NCBI RefSeq assembly: GCF_002105155.1
Contig: NW_019029005.1
Location: forward strand, 372,001-436,000
DNA length: 64,000 nucleotides
Source: Lobosporangium transversale
Taxonomy: Eukaryota
Direction: 5' to 3'
Positions 41,355 to 52,896 of this stretch are shown piece after piece; the stretch's first letter is position 1, and each line of letters begins with the position of its first letter. The translations under genes and the position numbers were made by a program. The notes under the pieces are model-generated. The model did no database searches, was not told where the DNA came from, and saw nothing but the letters and a program-made list of their open reading frames with translations.

Positions 41355-43297
41355 TGGCGTTACAAGTAATCAATAGGGGTTATTGTTGTTGGTACTGGTG
41401 TTGGTACTGGTGCTGGTATTGTTGTCGTGATCTTGATCGTTATTGTTATTCGGTATTAGTGATATTTTTTATTGTCAGGTGTTACAAGTAAAAGGCGCAG
41501 ATGAAAATGGGAAGGATGATGTTCGACAAAAGATTGGAGAACAGGGTCAAGAAGAAGTAATAAATTTAAGGGTCAAAAAAAAAGGAGGTGATGGTGGAAC
41601 CAGGTACAAAGAAAGGGTCGTGGACTCGAATGCTTCCTGTGCGCACGGGCAATTGGCAACACAGGGAGGAAAAAAAAAAAAAAAAAAAAAAAAAAGTGGG
41701 GAAAAAAACAATAATAATAATAAAATATAAAAAGAGACTGTTGCAGACACTCGGTTCAAAAGGAAGAAGAGAAAGAGAGAAGAACAAGGGAAGAAAATGG
41801 GGACAATGAGGAACTATACAGTTTTAGAAAAGAAATAAATGAAACAGAGTGAAGTGAAGTGAAGTAAAGGAATAAAGGAATGGAGTGAAGGAATGAAGGT
41901 GTGAAGGAATGAATAAAACAGTGATGGAGTGTGAAATGAATGAGGTGTGACAAGCAGGGTCTAATGGAATGACCAACAGAGCGATCAGAGAGACACGAAG
42001 ACGAGGACAACAGAAACCAAGTGTAAAGAGAAGAGAAAGAGAGAGAAAGAGAGAAAACGGAATGGGGAGGAAGAAAAGAGAAAGAGCAAAGTGTAGATGT
42101 AAAATAAGATCCTACTTTGACTCAATCCTTGAAGATTTGTTTGTGTGTGTTTCTGCTGGTAAAAAAAATAATAATAAACAAGTTTATATATACAAACGAC
42201 TGTGATAGAGTTGAGCAGGAAAAGAACCAAAGTGAGTCGGATGAAGTGAATAATACATGTATAATAGAAAAATAGTGTTTTCCACGATTGATCCGTCTGC
42301 TCCTTTGCTCTTCTTGCTTGATTTGTTTTGCGCTGTAGGAGTTGCGTGCGCATTATAACATCCTGTGTATTATATAATACAATCGAGGCACTTATTCTAT
42401 TGCTTTCCATGTTCTTTTTTTTTTTTTTTTTTTTAGTATGATTCCTTGAGGGTATACACAAAAGCTATTACATGTAGGCTATTATAGATCCATTCATTTG
42501 TGTGCATGGATGCCAATCCCATTTGCAAGGTTTTCTTTTTGTTCTTTTTTGTTGTCCGCGAACAATAAAAAAAAAAAAAAAAAAAAAAAGAAGCAAGGGT
42601 TCTCTTTGTATTTCATGGCAAATAAAAGAGGCGGGATTTGCTGAAACCTCTTTTGTATTTTTGATTGTATTAGGATCGAGATTATTTTTGTATTAGAATC
42701 GAGATTTGTGTACAAACAGCATGTTGATCGGAAGAGTCATTGAATCGAGACTCTTTCAGGTACAACCTCTGGAATAAGACGAAACAACTGAGTGGAAGGA
42801 TAATATTTGTGAAAGGATAATATAGCGGATCAATTCATTTATACTATATTTATATATTAGAATTGGTTGGGTTTGCACAGATGGTGGGTATTTAATACAT
42901 ACACCACAAGAGAGCCAGAACTCTATACATACACGGATGAAAAACTTTTTTTTTATTCTCTTTCTCTCTTTCTCTCTCTGTCTCTCTCTTCCTTTCTTTC
43001 TCTCCCAGCAAACCACTGGATAGGCATGTCTTCTTTTCTTCAGCCAGTGTGGTCAACGTACATCGATGCTGCATAGATTCCCTGCACGACTCCAACTTCC
43101 TCTTTGTTTATTCTCGTTTAGAATTTTTACCGTTGAATTATATATTTATTTTTGCATTCCGTTTTGAGGAATAGTCCGTAAAAAAACTTTTTTTTGTTTA
43201 TGTTTATTTGAGTGCAATTGTTTTGTTTGTCAAATCAACAAAAACACAGACGCACGCAGGCGCACAATATGCAGCTCGCTTGAGCCACGAGGACATC

Positions 43298-43330
<33 letters not shown>

Positions 43331-44442
43331 CTGTTTGACTGCATGAGGAATGATGAATTACAAGGTTGTGCGCTGCTCTCGGCACGGTAAAAAGCATTTC
43401 CATACACATCCAGATCACTCCTAGTCTAACAAAAGAGACGATCTTCGTCATGTTCCTGAAAAGAATAAATAATAGTGGTAATAATAATAATAATAAAAAA
43501 AAAAGGGGGGGGGAGGAAGAAGGGGCACGACTTTCTTTACCGCTTGATCGATTCTGTCCAAAGGGGTAGAAAGGAGAGGAAGACATGGGAAAGAGGCGAG
43601 AGAAGGATAAAATATATAATAACATTTGTAATATAATAATGAATACGAAATATACAGGGGGACAATGTCTGCAGTATTTTTATATATAAAAATATACACG
43701 CAGAGGACTACACAACGGATACAGAAGGTGTATACATCTTCACCTGTGGCATGACGTGCAATGCTCACTGTGATACAATCCTGTGCATACATGGGGTCGG
43801 GAAGTTGTCCATGTCCAAATTCTTTTTTTTTCTTTTTTTTTTTTTTTTTTTTTTTTTTTTGGAAGTTGTGTTTCCAGACAGATCTTCAAGATTAATAAGG
43901 ATCAACATCCCTCCTCCCCTCTTCCCCCAAAAAAAAAAAAAAAAAAAAAACATGTACAACAGCAACCTTTAGTATAGAGCCCTTTGTATCTCAATCTTTC
44001 CTCACTAAAGGCAACAACGTTTTGAAATAAACAAAACGTGGTCAAATGGACCATGACACAAAATTCAAGGCAAAAATAAACAGACAAAGGCGTTACTTGA
44101 TCAAATGATGAGATTACTGTTCGTGAGATGCTTTTTCCTTTTTCTTTCTCTTTCAAAAAACATGTATTACATATACTTATTGTCCTGTTTAAATGATTAG
44201 TGAATGATTAGTGAATAAAAGGTGATCATGATAGAAGTGTATAGACATTGACATGCGAATTATTCATTTCAGACATTAATCTTTGAAGCAAAAGGTCAAA
44301 ATTGAATTCTCATCACAGTGGTCTCAAAAAAATATTACAGTTCTCACCCATTGCTCCTTCATAGCTCTATGCAGATGCATGCATCCGAGCCCAGATGGGT
44401 TATTGTGCTTTCTACATGAAGATTATAAAAGCTTGGTCCGTT

Positions 44443-44479
<37 letters not shown>

Positions 44480-46291
44480 CTTTTCTCTCAGCCTTGTATA
44501 TACAGTAGTTGTTGTTGTCATGTTTTATCATTAGTATTTATATAAAAATGTAATTTAAAATTAAAAGTTAATACTTCTTTAAATATAATATAGACAGCAT
44601 GTTCTTGTAAAGACATTCGAATATTCATCTCCATTCATACTCAATATACTCATGCCCATGCTCTTGCTCATACCCATGCTCATGCTCTTGATCAAGTCTT
44701 CACTGGTAAATCCTATCGTCTTTATTTTATTTTTTATTTTTATTTTTTACTTAAAAGAATAAAAATAATTATAAATCCATGATCATGATCATGACCATAA
44801 GCCGTACTCAGAGATTTACACATGACGCTAATCCACAGCGATTTCTGAATATAAAGCGATGATACGCGTTGATTAAAAAAAAGAAGGTAAGAATGAGAAT
44901 TCCTTTTTTTTAAGCGCGTAGTAAAACCTGCTAACGCAATAATTCTTTCCTTTTTTTTTTTTTTTCTTTTTTTTTTTAAACAAGTAAAACGGAAACACTT
45001 CGTCTCAGAGACAAGGCGTTTATGCTAATCGCGTGCTTAGACTTGAAGAACATCCCATCAAAAGTCGGACTAAATATATAGCTCATGTACACATTGACCT
45101 CTCCTTTATTTCTTCTTTCATCTTGGCTTTATTACGGTCCTTTTTTAGACTGGGCAACGCCCGAGACAACAAAAACAAGGTCTGATCGATCAAGGTGGTA
45201 TATGCGGTGTAATAAACTATGTTTAATATCAACTGTATAGTATATTTATATAATATCTTTTAAAATATACGTAAGATTATATTGACTTGTTCATGGCACT
45301 GGATAATGATTGGATTACTTCCTGTGCTTATTCATCAATCATCCTTCTCCATTTTGATTCTAATCCAATTGCTGTTTGCCCATTTTTTCCTTCATTGCTC
45401 TTTCACCTCTTTCTATGCCTCGCTCTCCATCTCATTACCTTAACAAACCAGATCAACAACCATCAAATATCCTCAATACTAAAATACAGCGAACGCGCCA
45501 TCCTATATGTCAATTAACGTTATTTGATTTTGATTTTGATTTTGTTTTTATATTTATTTTTATTTTTTATTTTTTATTTTTTTGACATATTGGAGCAGCT
45601 AAAGCATTATGAGTTGTATTAGGAGAGTTAATATTTAGGGAACTGATGGTGATAGTATAAAATATACAGATGTAAAAAGGCATGGCCTCCACATCTTTCA
45701 ACAATATTTTGAGAGAAGGCGCTATTGAATAGCCACTCTTGACTATTAAACTGGCTATCATATGCATATATATATATATATATATATATACTTGCTTAGG
45801 CGTCAACTCAATCATCTTCATTTTTTTTTTTTTTTTTTTTTTTTACAGTTTTCTGTTGTTTTATTGGTAAATTAAGATCATATTCATATCAGAGAGCCAT
45901 CAACATCATCGTCATCAATTACCAACCATAATCTCCATCGTTCGTCGTTAGCTTCTTTTCTTTTTCTTTTTTCTTTATTTTGTCTTATGTCATCTCCATT
46001 CGGGTGCTCCTCTGCTTGAACTCTTATGTGATGTCTTTATTTCGCTTTCAATCACTTTTATTTTTATTCACGTATATGTAATATTTAATATTCATATAAA
46101 TAAAAAGATAAAGTAAATAAATTAAAATAATTAAAAATATAAGCTCAAATTATGGTTAGATGAATGACATCTACTTCGTCAGAAAGTCGAGTCCATAGCA
46201 TGGATTGATCTTTGGCCAGGTTTTGAGACTTGGAGTAACATGTATATATACTATTATACAATCAACAGAACTGATCAATACCGCTTTGACA

Positions 46292-46325
<34 letters not shown>

Positions 46326-47110
46326 TCAAGTATGATTGAGAATAGACGATGTAATCGGACAAGATGTAAAATCAAGACAGAAGTTGGCCATTGTGCAGAT
46401 TACCAGTAAGACACTCCTTTCCCTTGATCGTATTTTTTTTTTTTTTTGAAAGCCAGCTTAGCTCAAGCAATGTTTTATTTTTTATTTTATTTTATTTTAT
46501 TTTATTTTTTTTGGCTCAAGCTCCCAGGGACCGCCTTGTCTCTTTCCTCACAAAAGTGCTCACCATCGCCATGGTTTTATTTTATATATATATATTACCA
46601 ATGATCTCTGGAATACATACAGCAGAAAGATTAAAGTATATCCAATGAGTTAATCGGATAATTTCCATCCCTATCATCGACTGGACAAGGCATGCTTTGC
46701 TGATTGCTAATTCTTTTTTTTTTTTTTTTTTTTTTTTTTACAGCTTGTATGCAAAAAGTAAACACTTATTGCTATGGTATTCTATATATATGTATTATAT
46801 ATACAATATATATATTATTGAGTATTCTTCAATAACCTGTCATCTTTTTATTACTGTTCAACTCGGACATTGATTTGATAACTTCTTGGTTATTCCAAAA
46901 AAAAAAAAAAAAAAAAAAAAGTGCTTGAACGCGACAAATTTCTATTTATTTGTTTACCTATTTCTGCTATGAAATATTATATATGTATAATATACGAGTT
47001 AGGAGGATATTGGTCGTAATGAGAAGATACGGGAAAAAAAAAAAAAAAAAAAAAAAAAAAAGCGCGAAGGAAAAGGGCAGATGGTTGTTTTTTATTTGTT
47101 TGTTTACCAT

Positions 47111-47150
<40 letters not shown>

Positions 47151-48420
47151 CTCCTTCCGGAGTACAAAGTAAACATATTAGAGTCGCCACGTTTTTTTTT
47201 TTTTTTTTTTTTTTTGAGACAAAGACAGAGAGTAAAGAATGACATGCTCCTTTTCTCTCATACCTCTATTATATATAATCATCTCTTCCCATAGTGTCTA
47301 AAAAAGCAAAACCCTGCTTCCATCTTCTCCCTTGTCTTTATACATGTATAAATATAATATATATATATATATATATTTAACAAATGCGATGATACTGCGC
47401 AACGGGCAACTTTCCAAAGTCTTTTCATGTTTATAAACTATATGCTATTATTTGAAGATGTATACTATATATAATATATATATTTATATAATGTTTAATA
47501 TGATTATTATTTTTAAAGTTTCTAGGTATCAGGTATCAGATCCCATATCGCACAGGGCGCCTTTTTAAAGGTGCGAGCTTTTGGCATTCATTTTATACAT
47601 GTCTCGGTGCTAAGCAGAAAGGCGGGGTTTCATGAGGTTTGAAGGTGGAAGTCTCCTCTAGCATTCTTTAATATGATTTTGAAAAAGAAAAAAAGAAGAG
47701 TATATTTTTATAATAAATATATATAATAATAAAACTAAAATTAAAATTAAAATCCTTTTGAAAAAACTAGATCCATGTAGCTCTTAACGTCCTCCCGCTC
47801 TTATACTCTCCCATCCCGCCTTCGCCTCCCTTTGGTCCCTTCTTACCTTCCTCCTTCCCCAATTCTTTTTGTCAACTATGCCTTAAATGGGTAGGAACTA
47901 TTATGTATATATATTTATGTTATACGTAGACGAGTTCAATATTATTCAAACGTATATTTTGTTGCACGTCATGTAAGAAGGATGGTGGTACAAAAACAAA
48001 AACACGTTTTTCGATGCATGAAAAAAAAAAAAAAAAAAAAAAAAAAAACGCGAGTGCTCACTAGGAAGGAATGTTTTCTCGAATATCCTCATGATGCGCG
48101 AAAATAAAACAAGCATTCTTAAATTCCTATACGTAAACATTTCCAACCAAGACTGTGGCGGAGGCTGAGGCTGAGGCTTAGATGAGCTGCCTTTAATATA
48201 TACATGTATTATAATATATATATACATCTATGTTTTCATCTACACTATATGATAGAACTCAGAATTGGACAAGTTGTTGTAGAAACGGGCTTGGTTCCGT
48301 AGACGGTCCGATTTATGATTGGATAGGGTTACTTGTATTGATGCCACTATTACGCGTATGTATTTGTTATTTTATATTCTACAAATATAATATACTATAA
48401 ACTAGATGTAATTTGAAATA

Positions 48421-49811
48421 GGAATGTGCAATAAAAAAACCCGTCAAGGGCAATGCTTAAAGTTTAATACCATACCTGGTTGGGTCACTTGACGTTGCTG
48501 CACTTTTTCACAAACTACAATGTTCAGCAGCCAAGCTCGTGAACAAGAAAGAAATCAAGGCAACAATGGATAATTTACACCTCTTTTTGTAAGTGTCTCG
48601 TTTTTTTTATTCATGAGGACTCTTGGCGTGTTACTTAGATAATTGTCTCATTTTTTACTTTTCGTCTTGTTCCTCCTTGTCATTGTTATTGTTTCTTGAC
48701 TCAGTTTAGGGCTGTAAACTATATACTCGATTTGCCATCGCGTGCACTCCCAGGAATGAGCAACGAAACGTTTTTCCTTGATTAAGAATGGATGTGCAGC
48801 AGGACAAGTTGACTTACCTCAGTCCCAAGTCATGCTTTGCTTGGAGTTGTCCCGTGAACTCTCGAGGACTGGTCGAGTGACAGCCCAGCTATTTAATGAC
48901 TCTGCTTGCGCATTTATCATGTTGCTCTATCAAAATCTGTAAGTTGCTTTATCAAATTTTCAAAGTTATTCATAATGCATCTTATTCTTATCACAACCTT
49001 TGATACTCACATGTGCAATCATAGGGTTGCAAGGCTCGTTAAGAAGAGGCTGCCATCAAATGAAGAATATGAAGATACTTTTGCCCATACTACATTTGTT
49101 CCCTCGAGACTCTGATTATGAATTCGGATGGGCAAACGAAATCAATGAAGGCTCACAGGCTAGAAGGATAGATGGCTTTAAGCCTGATGGTTATCTTCGA
49201 AAATGGCATGCCAAAGTGTGTGTCGTGGAGATCAAATGTCCAAGAGAGGTATCTTCCGGCAGGAAGTATATTGAAGATCTGTGGAAGATAGCTAACCTCT
49301 GTAAAGATGAGGTAGATGATACCTACATAATCTTCGGGGCATAGCTAAGATGACGGTGATTCAATTATTTGGTAATGATCCTTTTCTTTTTCTTTTTATT
49401 TTATTTTATTTTATTTCTTTTCCTTTGTACTCATTAATGTTCGCCTTCGGTACTAACCTTTGTGGAACTTTGAAATCACAGTCACCAGCTACAGTATATG
49501 CCATGGAGTACAAGGAAGGGCTGTATCATTGGTCAGCCATAGGAACAAGTTATTTACCTTGGACCGACATAATTTTGGTAGGATTTTGCAATGTTTGGAG
49601 CTGCTTGAGAGTTTGAAGGTAAGCTCCCAATTCCCTATACTTTGTTATCATAATCATGAGCAACGTCTTAATTTTTTGTTTTTTGTTTTGGCAGGCATAT
49701 TTGGATGAAATATGTTTACCTTCAACTCCTCCACGAGATTCGGACGATGTTCCCATGGGAAAACCTACGAAAATTAGTCCAACGCAAAGGCCCATTCTTT
49801 TAAGATTGTAA
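48421..49811 (+). CDS. Intron-containing gene (possibly degenerate) with a PD-(D/E)xK restriction-endonuclease-like domain
   Basis: GT-AG introns at 48589-48709, 48939-49024, 49372-49481 and 49619-49694. Peptide blocks EDTFAH...W-ANE...SQARR...FKPDGYL...VCVVEIK...KYIEDLWKIANLCKDEVD...TVIQLFG...YAMEYKEGLY...SYLP. Several frameshifts; no clear start. Confidence 0.7.
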
Positions 49812-50036
49812 GAAGGGTCACAGTTGTAGGTAGTTTACTATGGTTGATAATACATGCAGCTGATTAGGCTCGTTTACTGTATGGATTGCTCTTTGTCTTT
49901 AAAGATTTAATATTGGCGCTAATAAATGAATATTCAGAAAGTTTACAAAACATGGGATATGCACCCATTCTCTAATAATTGCATGTTTGACCTGTAAAAC
50001 ACACTCATTCATTTCTTCTTATTCACGGCATCAAGC

Positions 50037-50067
<31 letters not shown>

Positions 50068-50325
50068 ATTTATACTTCAATGAATAAATAATGTATATAT
50101 AGCCCGTTTCATTTGTCATATACCTTATATTTTTTGAATACTTTCGAGTGTATTGGCAGCCAATTGGCTCGCTTGTTGCGAGTATTGTTGCAAGTCCGTC
50201 ACGCAGTGAAATGCCACCAGAACAATTCAATCATCGTTTTTACATTAAAAATATAAGGTATCATGACCAAATGAAATTGGCGATATGTACAAAGATTCAA
50301 GATCCATTTTTTTATGCTTGACTTT

Positions 50326-50358
<33 letters not shown>

Positions 50359-50413
50359 GAGTGTTGTTATCTTGTTAAGAAAAAAAAAAAAAAAAAAAAA
50401 CCATAGGGCAAAA

Positions 50414-52896
50414 CTAGAGCTCGATGATAGAACCAAGGCAGCAGCTGCACTGTTCAATGTGAGGGTATAGGTTGGACGAGAGCGAGAATTGGCTTGCAGA
50501 TGGTGGTTCGGGTATAATTTGCAGGCCTATTTCGCTGCTGCTGCTTGTCATGAGAAGGATGCAGTGATGGCGATGATGCTGACGATGCTGATGAAGGGCT
50601 GGGGTCGTGACCGCGGATAGTGGTGATGGTGACGCTGCAGGCGAAGGTGAGGAAAGTAGAGTGGAAGAAGACGAGCGATGGTGTTGTTTAAATGGTGACA
50701 TAAATCCTCTACTAGCTCGCGCGGCAACAGCATTCTGGAAAATGTTAATTCCCTCCCATGACGACTTTTGTTGCTGTTGCTGTTGCTGTCGCTGTTGTTC
50801 TTGTTGTTCGTTCAAAAGGCGCAAATGTTCCAAATGTTTTAGCTCCTCAGAGTCCGAAAATCGGATCGCACGAGCGCTTTCCGACCGATCGACCTTAGCT
50901 TCCAAGGATGCCAAAGTTTCTTTCAAATGGATTGACTTTTGTCGGCGAAGCCGGATAGCCTCTCTCTCGGCTTCTTCTGCAGCTGCCTTGGCAGCCAGCC
51001 GTTGTACCTCTCTTTCCTCTGCCTCTTTTGGGCTCGGATCTGAGCTTGCTCTAGCTCATGTTGGATCCTAGCCTTTTCCTGTTCTTGCTCTGCGGCAGAG
51101 ATTGTAGGCAAAAGAGGGATGGATGGGATAGCTGAAAGTAGATTTGTTTCCTTTGATGAGGCGACCATGATAGCCAATGCTTTAGATAAGGCTGAAGATT
51201 GTTCCTGTCCGGCCTGACTGCTGCGTCGCTGTTGTTGTTGGGACTCTCGACGCTTCTGACGTTGTTGTTGATGGTATTGATGTTGTCGTTGCATCAGATC
51301 CAGCTGAAGCTCCAACGTTACTTTTTCCTGGCGGAGAGAATCATACCCTCTTTGAAGGACTGCGATTTGATCCATCAAGAATTCACATTTGCGTTGCTCC
51401 AAGGTCAATTCATTATCCTTGCGGGGTGCATTCACTGTGAATCGCCGGCTTGGTTTTGACCGCTTACTATTATAAGAATAGATGTAGCGGCGACAGTGGC
51501 CACAGAGGCCAAAAGCGATGACAAGGTGCTATCACACATCATCATGCTGTTATTATTCTTCACTGGGGATGATGTCGATCCTTGACGAGAATGTGGTACA
51601 TGCGCTTTGTTGTTATCCCTGTGGTCAGTTGGGACAACAACATTAGCAGCTTCCTTATATTGGTTCAATTGTTGTTGAAGTCGTTGAGCCTGCTGCTGGA
51701 AGAACGTGAGCTGTGTCTGGACCTGGACATGACGGCTGCTCATCATCAAAAACAACATTTTGTAATCTGTCCACTTCTATTCTGTGTTTACTCGCTTCTT
51801 TCTCCAATTTAGGAACATCGTTGCTCTCTGAACTCTTGCTGCAGTTACTGTCTATTGACTTGACAATTTGTGTCTGTGACTGTGTTCTGCGCTTCTGGAG
51901 TCTTAGTTCGAAGCTCTTGTACCTGTTCAATCAGTTGGCGGTTTTCTAGTTGAAGACGTCCGACTTTGTCGGTGGTTTCCTGAAGTCTTTTCTGTAGCTC
52001 GGCATTCTCCTTGAAGTTCTCCTTCATTTCCAAAGACAAAGCCTCCCTCTCCGACAAGAACCCGTCCAGCTTTCTTTCCTGATCCTGCACGATAGTCTCC
52101 AACTGACGAATGTGTTCTTCTTTGAGCGCGAGAGACACCCTTACATCGTCAAGCTCGCGTTTAGTGTCCTCTAATTGTGAAAGAGTTGATTCATATTGGG
52201 CCATGATGCTCTGTGGCGGTTGTGATGGCTGAAAATCGGCTAATGATGATGACAGCGTTGAGGTGGAAGAGGGACATGCGCTTCGATGACTGTTCAGAGC
52301 GCTTCAGACGAAGCTTTAGTGTTGAGATCTCTGCCTCAAGGGCTTCACATCGTTCTTGTGATGGTGACCTTGGGAAGAAAACTGAACTGGGAGGCTCCAC
52401 AGAGGACAAAGGAGGAGAAGGTAAGGATGAAATGTGATGATGGGAGCGGAAAAGTGGGGTTTGAGGAGTATGAGGGGACGATTGTGCGCTACCACTAATG
52501 CTGCTGCTACTGTTGATGGCATGCTGAGTATAGGATCCTGTCTGTTGATATTGATGCAGAAGTGTTAAAGGCTTTGTTGGACCTCTTGAATTAGAGGGAG
52601 GCATTTTTGAGAGTGGTTGATCCAGTAAGATGGGTGTCCGTGTAGACCGAATGGGGTTATGGATATTTTAGTGATAGGAGAGGGTGTTGGATGCCATGAG
52701 GCGGGCGTCAAAGGCGGACTGACTATACTCTGACTGTTGCCTGCAGAAGAGGAGAAGGAGGATGGAGAGGAAGGTGACGGTAACGATGGTGCAGCCATGA
52801 CATTGTCGGAAGGTGAGCGTTGATGACTCTGGTGCTGGAACTGGTGCTGGGTTGAAAGTGAGGGATGAAAGAAAAGTGTGCTGTTTCAAGCGGCAT
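50414..52896 (-). CDS. Uncharacterised coiled-coil protein with Ser/Pro-rich N-terminus
   Basis: A chain of overlapping same-strand ORFs with heptad-like E/Q/K/L composition (e.g. MAQYESTLSQLEDTKRELDD..., EQRKCEFLMDQIAVLQRGYDSLRQEK). Ends EQCSCCLGSIIEL*. Apparently intronless with frameshifts. Confidence 0.7.
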
